The notes: generated from the letters alone by a model not told the origin. Positions 12,674-24,912 are shown, numbered from the stretch's first letter. The stretch: DNA of 64,000 nucleotides from Phaeosaccion multiseriatum (GCA_965112735.1 OZ218953.1:4154001-4218000); one strand, 5' to 3'. Program-made: numbers and translations.

Positions 12674-14759
12674 ATGTCTACACTTGACCAGGGATCCCCG
12701 CCGACACTGCAAAATGGGGCTCCTCTGGAAAGACTGCAAGCTATTCAGGCGGGGCTCAAATCCCTGGCTTCTTCCGGCATAGCTCCTGCGGCGGACTTTG
12801 GATCCGGAGGCACCGTTGGTATTGCTTCTGGTGTATCCAAAGAGGCTCCAGGCGTGGATACGTCGACCGCCAGCACCAGCAGCGCGAGAAGCACGCCAGA
12901 GAGTAGTACGATGTATACCCAGGCTCTGTCGAGCGCCTATGAGTTGTTCCGAGTACAGTTGGGTGTGTCAGACGAGATCCTCGACCTACCCCAAGAGCGA
13001 GAGCAAGGAGAGCAAGAAAACAGTAGTGGTAGTGGCCCATCGTCCACTTCCGGGCCCTTGTCATCATTAGAGAGACTGACTTCTACCTCGTCCTCCCTGG
13101 ACAAAGTCATCGACGCCTCTATTAGTAGCGGACAGGATGCCGTCCGAGTCATGCTCCACAGCGGCCCTGGTGCTGCTGCACCGGGGGTGGAAGACTTGAT
13201 GCGCCAACAGTTGCTGCTGTTGACTCGGATGGGTGCTCTGCAAAAGAGCGTACTTAGTGCGCAGGAGAGGAATGCAGTGGCCTGGGCTGATTGGCTCTGG
13301 GCAACGGAGGAGGAGCAAGCGGGCTCTCGTCTAGACGGGTGAGTGAATGAACGAGAAAGAGCGCATAAGTGGGTGTCCTCGGGGTGCCCGAACCCTTTCA
13401 CTCTGCTGTCCATTTTCATGCGTCTCTTAGTTGAAGTACCAACACACGACCTGTTGGCCTGCTGCTCTGCTGCCTTGCTGCCTCCACCTCCTCCTCAACT
13501 CAACTCCTCGGCGGCGCTTTCCTTCCCTCTTTCTCAGAGACATCTCTATGCAAACGCTATGTGCCGCGTGGGAGAGGGTCGCCCTCAACCTGGAGGAGCA
13601 GGGTGGGGTGTCGCATGCGTGGCTCAAGCATCATGCCTTGCAGCACATCGCGGTGGCGTACCTGAGGCCGGCGATGGAGCGAGCGGCCGAGAGAGAGACC
13701 ATCGAGGGGGTAGGGCGCAGCCTCGAGCAGAATGCGGCACGACTCGCCGCTCAGGCTGCTCAAGTGGAAGAGCTCGAGGTGGCGGTGCAGAAGGTGAGGA
13801 GTGTCTGTGGGCAGTGAGGGGGGTGAAGGATGGATCTCAGTCGATCTGAAGGATGTCGGTCCATCGGTGTCTCTGTCTTGGTGTACGTTAGAGGATGGTT
13901 GACGAAGCTCTCATACTTTCACACTACGCTCACTCGATGTGCAACGCTTGGCACATGCATGCACTTGCTGCTGCTGCTGCTGCTGCTACTTCGTTTGCTG
14001 TCTTGTCGTGCTTCTGATTTGGTGGTGTGGTGCTCTCGTTCGTTAGGAGGAGCACCGGCGGAAAAAGGCCGAAAGGATGGCAGCCAAAGCCCTCTCGGAC
14101 AAGGCCCTGCTGGCCGAGGCGATGGAAACCAGCGACGACAGCACCAGCATCAAGCTTCGGGCCATGCTCTCTGCCACGCAGGCCGACCTCCGGCACCAGA
14201 AGGTGGGGGGAGAAGAGGGGAGGAGAGAATAGCAGGTTGCCTGCTGATTTATCAAGGTATCTCCAATGCTCTCTCTTCTCTTTTCTCTGTCTGTTTCTCA
14301 TCGCCGCTCCCTCCTCCCTCCTCCTCCTCCTCCTCCTTCTTCTCCTCTTCTCTTCCTCCTCCTCCCCCCAGGCTCGAAACTTTCAGCTGCTGGAGGAAGG
14401 CCGGCGACAGAGCGCTCGAGCCAACGGAGCGCTGCAGGCACAGGCCGCAGCAGAGAACGCGCTCAGAACAGCGAGAGTGCAAACCGCGGCAGCAGAAGCA
14501 GCAGCGCCACCACCACTACCACAACCACCACAACCAGGAGGAGGAGGAGGAGGAGGAGGAGGAGGAGGAGGAGGGGGGGGAGATGTCGGCAGACAAGGGA
14601 GCGGGTACTGGAAGCTCTCTACGTCGACGTCAGAGACTGAGGCTGAGTCGATGGTGGAAGGCGGCAGCAGCAGGAGCAGCGGTAGTGGGTTGTTGGCAGC
14701 GCCAGGTGAGAGGCTCAGGGAGTGTAGCACTTCTTCTTCTTCAGCACTTCTTCTTCAGC

Positions 14760-14790
<31 letters not shown>

Positions 14791-16368
14791 CTTCTTCTTC
14801 TTCTGGCCCACCACCGCCCCCACCCACATCTCTCGGAGGATATCCTTCGTTGTGCTCACCGAGTTTATTTGTATCGCTTCCGAACAGACTTATGGCAGGA
14901 GGACATAAGTAGGCGCCCTTCCCACCCCAGGGTAACGAGATTGTCAGGTGAGCTAAGCCAGCAGCGGAAAATGCAATGGTAGAAGCCTCCCGACCTCTTA
15001 CGCTCGCTTCTTGCTTTACAAGTCTACTCTTGGTTCTTACCATCTCCCGTGGACGCAAGTTGCTTCCAGCGTCTTGTGCGCAACTGCAAAAGAGTACACT
15101 GTCGTGTCCCTGCTAATCGTGTTTCGTTTCTCTGTCCCCACCCCTCGCTGTCCATTCCCACCACCCCGTCCTCCTCCCCGTACATGATACATGTACCCTC
15201 CCCCCACACGCACGCACGCGCACGCACACGCGACGGCTGCTCGACAGGAGCGATAAGTGAGTCGTCGTTCGTCTCTGACAGCAGCAGCGGGCAGTTCGTG
15301 CGCGTTGCACCGATCTGTTCCGAAGACGAGGAGGAGAGCGACAGAGGAGAATCATTGGGAGCGTCAGACACTGAGGATGGGAGGGACACCCAAGGTTCTT
15401 CCTCTTCGAAGGAGGAGCGTCCGTTGACCCCTGAGGCGGTGGCGGCGGCGTCAGCAGCAGCAGAAGCGAAAGGAGAAGGAGAAAGGGGAGCAGCAGGTGT
15501 CCGCTCTTGGCACGGAGCGCTGTTCCAAGGAGAGGGAGAAGAGGGAGACGAAGACGCTTCCGACGAGGGCAGTACGAGCAGCAGCAGCAGTAGCAGGGGC
15601 ACGGCGCGCCAGAGCGTGGGAACACCAGTTGGGGGTACTCTACTGGACATTACGCGGAAGCACAGACAAGACCAAGAAGGGAAGAGTGGCGGCGGCGGCA
15701 GGAGGAGAAGGGGGAGTAGTAGTACACACAGTGGCGGCAGCAGGAGGAGGAGCAGGAGCATGAGCAGCAGAAGCGGGCAGCGTGAGGAGGAAGAGGAAGA
15801 GCTCCTTCGAATCCACAGAGAGGGCGCGGGAGTAGGGAGGGCGGCGCCACTGGGAGAAGGAGACCAGCGCAAGAGTGCTCGGCGGCAGGAGCGAGCGTGG
15901 CAACAGCGACTGAAGGAAGCAGTGCATTCGGCGCGACAGGAGAGTAACGCCATCGTTCGGCTGCTGACGGAGCAGCTTGCGGAGGAGCAGGCGGCACTCA
16001 AGAGACTCTCCAAAGAGCTGAAGCGCCAGAATGCTCGAGTGGAGCAAGTAGAGGGGAGGGAGGAGGCCATCGCGGCGGAGGCGGCGAAGCGTGTGGAGGA
16101 CGTGTACCTCGCGGCTATCAGGGGCCGCCAGAGGAAGAGGGGACTGCTGGGCTGGTTCTCCTCCTCCTCCTCGTCGTCGTCGTCTCGGTCTGTGTCCGCC
16201 GGCCGGGCCCGATTGGACGACAAGTATGGTGGAGCAGTGCTCCTGGAGGGCTCTCTCGCTGACTCCCCGCTTGCGTTCAGCCTGGCCCAGCTCCTATTGG
16301 TGTGTTTCTGCTGCTGCATGGCCACGTCCCTGTGCAGCTGTGTGGTGTGGCCTCAGTTGGATGTGTAA
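12674..16368 (+). CDS. Hypothetical protein (~843 aa) with coiled-coil segments and a C-terminal hydrophobic Cys-rich tail (possible tail-anchored membrane protein)
   Basis: Phase-consistent exons 12674-13338, 13538-13793, 14047-14202, 14372-14705, 15248-16368 (2532 nt). Heptad-like stretches (LEQNAARLAAQAAQVEELEVAVQK; LTEQLAEEQAALKRLSKELKRQ); C-terminus FSLAQLLLVCFCCCMATSLCSCVVWPQLDV. Family not recognised. Confidence 0.7.
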
Positions 16369-16722
16369 ACGTCCGTCGGCACTCCGTCAACGCTTGTGTG
16401 TCTCGTTTCGTGACCGCACCAAACCCCGAATGTTCAGCGTTCCGTCCGTCAATTTACCAGAGAGTCAACCTTACTGGCTTGTTACTATGGGTAATGACAG
16501 GACCCTCACTGACATTTGTACTACGTAGTACTCTATAATTGTGGGGATGCGCGGAATATACAGCTACATCAAAGTCGAGGTGTCCATCCGAAATGTGTAC
16601 CACATGTAAGTCAACTTCAAGTCCACATATAGACACAGACAGTTGGTAAGAGTCTTTGCCGGGGTTGTAGCAAGAGATGCTGGCCATAGCAGAGGGAACG
16701 AAAAAATCTATCTAGGATCTAG

Positions 16723-18048
16723 TCACCAATGGGTGGCCATGTGATTCCCGCCGTCCCCCATCGGTGCACAGAAGAATGCTCCTCCATAGCTTCCCCACGA
16801 CTGAGTCAAGTCCGGTCCCAGAGGGGAAGAGTTGCTCTTCTCTTTGCGCCCCCCAGGACCACTGGTACTGGGACGGCGGCGGGGGCGGCGGTCGAGGACC
16901 TTGTCCTTGCCCTTCTTGGTAGGGCCCTCTCCGGGGAGGGTCACGGGATGGAGTAGCATAGACACGTCCGGGAGGCAGCCTCTCTCCCCCGAGGCGGCTG
17001 CAGAGCATCCTATTGCGCCCACTCTCTGCAGGACCTTGAGCCTTGGATCCTTCGAGCAGCCGGCCTGGTGCATAGGTTTTGCCAACTCGCTGTCCATAAA
17101 GTCTGGGAGCAGCAGGGCCGCCAAGGGCTTACCGAGGAGTGCCAACTGCTGCTGCGCATCTGCAAGAGCTTCGGCCCCCTCGCCATCAAAGGGAAAGGCA
17201 TTGCTGCGAACGTCGACCGCAGCGATGACTGGCGACGCTCCGACGAGAAGGTCGGCAAGCTGGAACGCCTCGTCCTCCCCCATGTCGATGTCTCTCAAGT
17301 CTAACGCGAGGCAAAAGGGGAGACACGCCACCGCCTCGCCGGAGCTTGCCCCGTTGGGGCCATGAGGGTGACCGGGAGCATCTCGACCTTCGTCCAACCG
17401 TACGTCTGGAGGCAGCAGCGCACGGCCCAGCCTGTCGATGATTACTTGCGCGCCCCACTTAATCGACGCGAGTGGAACGATAATCAGCTCTTTTTCGTCC
17501 TCTCCTCGGCCAAACGTAGATAGCCTCAGCTCCGGAGAAGGCGGAAGGGGAAATGCACGCGGCCGAAGCTCCTTCGACCTTTTGCCCATGCTCTCCACCA
17601 AGATCTTGACCTTCTTCGCGAACAAGACATCGCTGCCGGTGTAGTCGCCAGCATTTTTCCTCCCCAGCAGCTGGCACAGCTCACCAAATGCATCGCTAAC
17701 CTGGTAGTACTGGAGACTGCGCCCCTCTCCCCCATGAGCGCTGCGTTGCTGCAGTCTTCGACTATCCGCACGGGCAAGTCTTGCGGTGGGACTCAGTGGC
17801 TGCCCCCACTCAAGAAAGCCCCCCCCTGACACCCCCCTTCCCCTTCTCCTTCCCTTCCTACTTCCCTCTCCTCCTGATCCTCTTGATCCTCCTGATCGTC
17901 CTGCTTCTGGTGCTCCTGCTCCTTCAGGTACGACGGTCACGGCCGACACAGCCGACACCGACCATCGCGGGCGGCATCCCTCTGCACTCGCCGCTCTCAT
18001 TCGTCGAGAGACGCTTGTGCGCTGCCTCATGAGACGGCAAGTCTCCAT
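16723..18048 (-). CDS. Hypothetical intronless protein with an RNI/LRR-like segment
   Basis: Long ORF not explained by repeats; first ATG at 18048 with an in-frame stop upstream near 18145. LALDLRDIDMGEDEAFQLADLL...IAAVDVRSNAF...GAEALADA resembles ribonuclease-inhibitor-type LRRs. Confidence 0.6.
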   Translation of the reverse strand: METCRLMRQRTSVSRRMRAASAEGCRPRWSVSAVSAVTVVPEGAGAPEAGRSGGSRGSGGEGSRKGRRRGRGVSGGGFLEWGQPLSPTARLARADSRRLQQRSAHGGEGRSLQYYQVSDAFGELCQLLGRKNAGDYTGSDVLFAKKVKILVESMGKRSKELRPRAFPLPPSPELRLSTFGRGEDEKELIIVPLASIKWGAQVIIDRLGRALLPPDVRLDEGRDAPGHPHGPNGASSGEAVACLPFCLALDLRDIDMGEDEAFQLADLLVGASPVIAAVDVRSNAFPFDGEGAEALADAQQQLALLGKPLAALLLPDFMDSELAKPMHQAGCSKDPRLKVLQRVGAIGCSAAASGERGCLPDVSMLLHPVTLPGEGPTKKGKDKVLDRRPRRRPSTSGPGGRKEKSNSSPLGPDLTQSWGSYGGAFFCAPMGDGGNHMATHW

Positions 18049-18230
18049 GTTCCCATGGATCGTCCTCTCCACGTCCTTGCTTGGAAGCCCGATGCTTTGG
18101 ACCCCGCCCGAGGTAAGACGAAACTGTAGTTTGAGTTTCCGCTCTCAGTCAAGTGGCGTGCGGCTCCAATCCAAGGTGTGTGTTTACGTTTCTTTCTTCC
18201 CATAAGAGTGATACTGACTGCAGTAGCGTC

Positions 18231-19481
18231 ATGTCTAAGGGCATGAGGAGTAAGCTGGAGGCGAAGCTCGCCACGCTCTCTGCGCCAGAGTGGGCTTCCG
18301 ATGATGAGAGCGAAGAAGGCACTTCAGGAGATCGCGTGAAGGGGAAGGGAGGCGAGAAGGACAGGAAGGCTCCTTCGCGCAAGCAGCAGAGGAAGAGCAA
18401 GAAGCGAGCGCATGAGGCCACGCGCCACAAGGCAATAGGCACGTCGGCGATTGTGTACATTGGCCACCTGCCCCACGGCTTCTTCGAGCCCGCTATTGAG
18501 GGCTTCTTTGGGCAGTTTGGGGAGGTTTTGCGGTCGAGGGTGAGCCGATCGAAGAAGAGCGGGAGGAGCAAAGGGTACGGCTTTGTCGAGTTTGAGAGCT
18601 CCGCGGTGGCAAAGATTGCCGCCGAGGCGATGGACGAGTACTACATTTTCGACAAGCAGCTCGTGTGCAAGTTGGTGGCCATGGAGGACCAGCATCCGCG
18701 AATGTTCGACGGGGCAGGGGAGAAGTTCAGGAAAGTGAACTGGCACGGCATGAACAGGGGTGTGCTGAACAAAGACAAGACGCAGGAGGAGCATGAGAAG
18801 CATGTTAAAAAGGTGGAGGCCAAGATGGCCGGCAAAAGGAGCAAGCTCGCAGCGCTAGGGATTCGCTTCGACATTCCTGAAACTGTAATGGAGGTTGGCG
18901 TTGCCGCGGAGCCGGAGGGTTTATCTGACTTGGATGTCAGCGACGACAATGATGATGACGAGGAGGAGGAGGAGGAAGAGGAAGAGGAGGAGGAAGAGGC
19001 ACCTGTGAAAAGGGCGAAGAGGGCTGCTTCCGGCCCAGGGGCAGCGAAAGCCAAGAAGGCAAAGCTGAGCCCGGCGGAGGCAACTGGAAAAGCTACCAAA
19101 GCTGCGGCGGAGGTGATGGCCGCCAAAGCGAAGCGCAAGGCGGAGGCAGTGCCGGCAGGGGAGGGTACGGCGAGTGTGAAGAAGACGACGAGCAAGAGGA
19201 AGAGGACGGAGGACGTTTCTAAATCTTCCCCTGCGGCAGCCAAGACGGCGAAGGTGGGGGAAGGGCAAGTTCCTAAGTCAGCGTCCAAGGCGGCGAAAGG
19301 GAAGACTCCCAAGAAGGAAGCGGCGGCGGCGGAGGAAGGCACAGTGACTACACCAAAAGCAGCCAAAAGCGGGAAGAAGAAAGTTCCTGCAACCACGGAG
19401 CCGAAGGTCTCAGCCAAGAGTTCTTCAGCGGTGAAGAAGAGCAAGACCGCCGTCAAGCCCAGGAAGAAGGCAGCCGCATGA
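18231..19481 (+). CDS. NOP15: Nucleolar RRM protein, NOP15/NIFK family (60S biogenesis), with an acidic tract and a Lys/Ala-rich tail
   Basis: IVYIGHLPHGFFE...FFGQFGEV.R.RVSRSKKSGRSKGYGFVEFES..VAKIAAEAMDEYYIFDKQLVC, followed by the family's HP..F and KLAALGI.FD motifs; single exon. Confidence 0.88.
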   Translation: MSKGMRSKLEAKLATLSAPEWASDDESEEGTSGDRVKGKGGEKDRKAPSRKQQRKSKKRAHEATRHKAIGTSAIVYIGHLPHGFFEPAIEGFFGQFGEVLRSRVSRSKKSGRSKGYGFVEFESSAVAKIAAEAMDEYYIFDKQLVCKLVAMEDQHPRMFDGAGEKFRKVNWHGMNRGVLNKDKTQEEHEKHVKKVEAKMAGKRSKLAALGIRFDIPETVMEVGVAAEPEGLSDLDVSDDNDDDEEEEEEEEEEEEEAPVKRAKRAASGPGAAKAKKAKLSPAEATGKATKAAAEVMAAKAKRKAEAVPAGEGTASVKKTTSKRKRTEDVSKSSPAAAKTAKVGEGQVPKSASKAAKGKTPKKEAAAAEEGTVTTPKAAKSGKKKVPATTEPKVSAKSSSAVKKSKTAVKPRKKAAA

Positions 19482-21774
19482 GGGGGGGGGGAGGATTAGA
19501 GTAGCCACTCACGCCTCCCTCAAACAGCAGTCCTCGCTCGCTTCCAACGCACAAGCGAGCAGATAGAAGCGAGGGCATTTAGTGCGCTACCACACAAGCT
19601 TTTCATAGAATATAACAGTAATGCATCATGCCTGTTCCAAGAAATTCGCTCTCATGACCAAGGGTAGACAGTCGGACAGCATGACGAGCAATGACAGCAA
19701 GGGGCAATCCTTGGGGGACTCCAAGGTTCCCCACCACCTCTCTCGCGGCGTGGCTGGGTGAGGGAGTGGTGCCCAGCGTAAGGCTAACATCCCGTCCAGG
19801 ACTACATGCCTCCGTCCCTCCAGAGCCTCTCTCTCAGCGACCTATGGTACCTCAAACCCCACACAGAAATGAGGCATGCAGCGATTCTGGGGGTTCACTG
19901 GCGCACGTGACTGAGGGTCGGAGGGTCGGGGGGGGCACCCCTGCCGGGGCTGACTGAAGCGCTGCAGTCTACGCCGCCCACAGTTACAGTTACAGTTACA
20001 GTTACAGTTACCCTCACGCAGTACCGCACGTCTCTGCGGGCTTATGTGCGAAGGCAGGCCGTGCGTGGTACGTTGGGATGGGCTGGGGTGTATGTATAGT
20101 CCTCTTCGTGCTGCTGATCGATGGACAGCTGCACTGCCGCAGCCGTGTTGCCATCCATCCGGCACGTCAGGTGCATCCCGGACAGGGACGCCACGTCCTG
20201 CACTCGTGCGTGGAGAATGGGGGGGGGAGATGGTCAGATGGCAGCAGATGGGAGGGAGAAGGACGTGGCGGAATGAGGATGGAAAGGAGAAAGTAACTAC
20301 CTCCCTCCCTCCGTCCGTCCGTCCCTCCCTCCCTCCGTCCGTCCCTCCCTCTCTCCCTCCCTCCTTCCCTCCCTCCCTCCCTTCCTCCCTCCCTCCCTCA
20401 CTCCGTCCCTTTCTCCCTTCCTCCCTCCTACACTCACTCTCACACACACACTCACTCACTCACTCACTCACCTACCTCCCTCCTCCCTCCCCCCCTCACT
20501 CGTTCCTGAGGCTGGGCTGGGATGACGAGTTGCCGCTACCGGATCGATGTACCTCTAGGGGTACCTCTAGGTCAGGAGCGACTCGTGGTTTGGAAGGGGT
20601 ACGACCTTCTGAACCTTCTTTCTCATGACCTGCCCCAGTAACTTGACGTGGCAGAGTTTGAGGACAAAAGCGAGGAAGAGTACGACGAGGCGGACCGATT
20701 TTACGAGCACTACGAGGAGTATTGGGTGAGCGAAGGAGAGGACGAGGACGACGAGGAGGACGAGGAGGGGGGGTGAGAGGATTTTGGGCAGGGGCTTTCA
20801 GAAGTCTCATAGCTAGGCGCTGCTCTGACGGTGGAGATACGCATGGCTCACGCAAGAGCGGTGCTTAGCTTCTGCAAGTAGGAGGTGATGCAAAGCTCAA
20901 AGCTCTGCTGCTGCCACCCCCCCGAGATGTGCTCTGTTTACCAGACAGGAGACATTCGCGACACCCACCCGTTGCTGTAAAAAGCTCGTTTGTTCGTCCC
21001 TGTTCCATTTCTCGCGTCTGTGCAATGTGTGCGATCCACTCTCTGTACCGCAGGCATGGCCTGGACGCGCGTCCTCCCTCCGTTCCTCCCTCCCTTTGCC
21101 CCTTTCTTCCTCCCTCCCTCCCTACCTCCCTCGCTTCTTCCCCCCTCTCTCACCGGCGAAGGCAGTCTACACCAATACACCACTCTTCTCCCCAACCCAC
21201 CCTTCCAACTACCAATAACGAAGCTCCCTATCCCTTCTGCCGAACCCGTCATAGGGTATATGTAGTCAATAGCGAATCGGCAGTGGCCTGCTTGTGCATC
21301 ACTTTGGCAAGGTCGAGCAGCATGGCCTTGAACCGCTGCTTGGAGCAGCCACTGACAAGCTTGAAACACGCTGCCATAGTAGTGAGTGAGTGAGTGAGTG
21401 AGTGAGTGAGTGAGTGAGTGAGTGAGTGAGTGAGTGAGTGAGTGAGTGAGTGAGTGAGTGAGTGAGTGAGCGAGCGTACGCTCTCATCTAGCCGCACCTT
21501 CCACCCTCTATCTGGAGCTCACCCACTGGGAGCCGTGTCATTGGAGATGGGAGTGCCTGGCCTCGATGCTTCAAACGGAAAACAGATGGCAACTTCCTTT
21601 CTCCCTCCCTCCGCTGATGCTGCGGGATGTCGGCAGCTCCCTCCCTCCCTCTGCTGATGCTGGGGTCACTGGGGATGCCGCTTCATGTCGCTTCCCAATG
21701 CCCTCGAAGCCCCCCCCCAGTGTCACGCGCGTCGACTTGTAACAGGCTAGAGGCATGGTGCGCCCCGATGATGG

Positions 21775-21872
21775 CGTCAACTGCCGTGTCAACTGGTGTA
21801 TCAACTGGCGTACCAACTGGCGTATCAGCTGGTGTACCAATCATTCTGGCGTACCAACTGGCGTATTAGCTG
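21775..21872. repeat. Degenerate 12-nt tandem repeat (CAACTGGYGTAY) straddling the stop codon of the acyl-activating enzyme
   Basis: Visible repeats of caactggcgtac/caactggtgtat/cagctggtgtac. Confidence 0.8.
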
Positions 21873-24800
21873 GCTCTTGCTGCTGCTGTCGCTCCTCCTC
21901 CAGCGCCCTCCGCAGTTGGAACTTCTGGATCTTGCCCGTGCTGGTTTTGAAGGGATCCAGGAGTTGGAAGAGAATCTTCTTGGGCACTTTAAACGAGGCC
22001 AGCTCCCTCCGACAATGTTGCACGAGTGCCGCGGAGAGCGCCTCCACCTCCTCCTCCTCCCCCTTCTGCTGCTGCTGCTCTTGATCACCGCCACTGCTGC
22101 TACTGCTACTCAGACTGCCCCGTACCCTTTCGTAATACGGGGGGCTCAGCTCCACCACAGCCACAGGCACTTCTCCCCAGTAATCGTCCTTGACGGCCAC
22201 AACAGCCACACCGAGCACTGCCTCATGCCTGTGCAGTGCCGTTTCGACCTCAATGCTGCTAATGTTCTCTCCTCCGCTGATGATAATATCCTTGCTTCGG
22301 TCCTTAATCTCCACCTTGGAGCCGTCTTCAAACCACACGGCGAGGTCCCCTGTTCGGAACAACCCCCCCTTGAACGCCTCCTCCGTGGCCTGCTCGTTTT
22401 TCAAGTACCCCTTCATCACAATGTTTCCCTTGAACATTATCTCTCCGATGGTGGCCCCGTCCTTGGGTACCTCCTCGCCCGTCGTCGGATCCGCCACGAT
22501 CATCTTCTCCACCATGGGACTGGAGCGCTGTCTCACGAGATCCGTTCTCTGCTCGGCGGAGAGGCGGTCGCTATCCGCAGCAAGGGGCTCGTTCTCTCGG
22601 CGCTCGTCGCTCAGGTAGAAGGCGCAGGGACCAAACGTTTCGGTCAGTCCTGTTCAGCACGTTTCCAAGCAACATGTTCAGAGACAGACGGAGAGAGAGA
22701 GCAATGTCTGTTCGCGTCACATACCCCTCCCCGCCTCTCGCTCTCTCTCTCTGCATACCTACACATCTCTCTCTTCTCTCCCCACTCACCGTACGAGTTC
22801 CTGACGTGGATGCCGAACTCCTCGGAGACCCCACTCATGAGAGTCGGAGGAGGTGCCGCTCCCGCCGTCAGCATCTCAATACGCCGCCCCCCACCCCCCC
22901 CACCACCTCCTCCTCCTCCTCCTCCTCCTCCTCCTCCCCCTCCGCCTCCGCCTCTTCTCCACGCTTGGAAGCGCGCCTTGTCCTCTGGGGGCGACTGCAG
23001 CAGCAGTGTCATGACGATGGGAGCTCCTGCCATGTGCGTGATGGCCTCTGCCTCCAGCAGGCGTAGCATGTCCGGTCCTCGAACGTGCCTGTCAGCAGAC
23101 AGGCATGGCAGAGGAGGAGGCAGTCAGGGAGTGAGTGCGTGAGTGGGTGCGTGAATGAGTGAGGGAGTAAGAGAGGAAGTGGTGAGTGAGGGAGTGACAT
23201 GCATGACTGCGTCGTCCTTCCTTACCGGATGCAGACTGTCGTGCCTGCCGTGGCGGTGAGGCTCCAGGGCAGGCACCACCCGTTGCAGTGGAACATGGGC
23301 ACCAAGAGAAGGAACTTGCTCATATGGGGCAGGCTCAGCGACACGCAGTTCGACAAAGCATTCAAGTACGCGCCACGGTGACTCTGAACGGACAGAACAG
23401 CCGGATGGGGGAGGGGGGGGGAGGGCAGGCAGGTTGAGAGGAGCCCACTGCGGAAGGGGATTCTTTACCGCCCAATCAGCGCTCCTCTCACGGGGTGGTA
23501 GGTGGTAGGTAGCCCTTTCGCGAGGCGTGCCATGTGGTGATGTCTCGCCACGCCCGGCTCTTCTCACAATTCATCTCTCGGCTGGAACCTGCCCCTAACA
23601 GGCTGTCTATCGACTTTGAAGGCTACCGCAGTACCCTACCCGCCTCTGTTTGTTTCTCACCGTGACAACTCCCTAGCAAGGCGCGAGAACGGCCCCAACC
23701 CGAATCGAATCGTCGAAGGTGAGGTAGGCACGTAGCAGTAGGTGCACATGAAGCACAGCATGAGGGGCACACGATCATGCACATCGAGGGAGGAAGGAGT
23801 GCACACAAGGGTGAGGGTCGGGGGTGTCTCGAGACGAAGAGCATATCGACTTGCTAGAGTAGGGCTGTGGCAAAGGCCCTCTTCCATCTGCCAACGGATG
23901 TGCACCGCTCTTGTTACCATCGATTCCTACAGCCCCTCGATCGGGGCCAGCAGTACTGAATGCAAGGGCGCGCGTTCTTTCTCTCTCTCTCGCTCTACCT
24001 TGGGGTTGCCTGTGGTCCCAGACGTGTAACTCAGTGCGAGGGCGTCGTTCTCGTCCGCCGGCCGCTGCAACTCAAAATCCGTCGGTACTCCGTCCCCACC
24101 CCCCTGGAGAAAGACCTCGTACTCCTCCCCAGAGAGCCCGCCAGGTGCAGGCGTGTCAGCAGCATTATCCCGGATCTCGATGATTCGGGGATGGTGAGCA
24201 GGGTCTATCAGTGCGAGTGCCTTTTTAACGACACCTTGCCAGGCAATAGAGGGGAGAGAGGAGAGGGGAAAGGCAGGCACGTTGAGGGTACAGACCGAGG
24301 AGCGCGGTACGGGCTTGAGGCTCATCCGATGCCCGGGTTCTCTCGTTTACTTCTCTAGCAACACACACGCACCTGAAAACTCCGTGTCAACGAACAGGAC
24401 TTTACTCTCTGCGTGCTCAAGCTGGAAGGCGATAATAGCCGCATCAAGCCTGCTCGCAGCCCAACGACGACGAGGGGGAAAGGCAAAACGCAAACGCCCA
24501 AGAATCAACAAAGGAAAAAGATATAACGCAACCGTGCATTAGAAGCATCAAACCTGGTGTTGATGCAGTGAAGAACGCCTCCCGAGCCTGGAATAGCATA
24601 GTGCGCTTCGAATAGAGGGGGTGTGTTGGGGCACAAGATGGACACAGTGTGGCGTGGACCCACGCCTGCCTGCTGCAACGCATAGGCAAGCTTCCTGCAT
24701 CTCAAATACGTGTCTTTCCAGCTTTGCCTCACTTGGCCATACACAACGGCATCCAGGTTGGGGAACGCCTTGCTGGTTCGGTCCAGGAAAGAAAGCGGGG

Positions 24801-24912
24801 AGAGCATCTCATGATTTGCTCTCGAGCCTGAGGGCGGGTTCAGGAAGGCTGCACTATAGAGTGACCGCCGATGGAATGAGCTTTGGGTGCTGCTCCTGAC
24901 TAAACGCAACAT
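21841..24912 (-). CDS. Acyl-activating enzyme / medium- to long-chain acyl-CoA synthetase (AMP-binding family), probably mitochondrial (~649 aa)
   Basis: Exons 24912-24554, 24449-24373, 24234-23999, 23672-23661 (micro-exon), 23383-23226, 23088-22790, 22649-21841 (1950 nt). Motifs LSPLSFLDR, YTSGTTGNPKGVVTSHRGAYLNAL, PMFHCNGW, YGLTETFGP, FRTGDL, IKDRSKDIIISGGENISSIEVE, KTSTGKIQKF. Arg/Ser-rich N-terminus MLRLVRSSTQSSFHRRSLYS. Confidence 0.93.

Noticed and set aside
15024-19456. Long antisense ORFs (15024-16325, 18641-19456; likewise 21796-23142, 42838-44008)
   Set aside because: Shadows of GC-rich real CDS on the opposite strand, with no recognisable motifs.
24441-24560. Intron gain by duplication: AAE intron 1 starts AG|GTTTGATGC and exon 2 starts AG|GCTTGATGC; CHLH intron 24 has AG|GTACG at both ends
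   Set aside because: Matches are short and overlap the splice consensus, so they are plausible by chance among 83 introns. No shared intron sequence family (introner) was seen.
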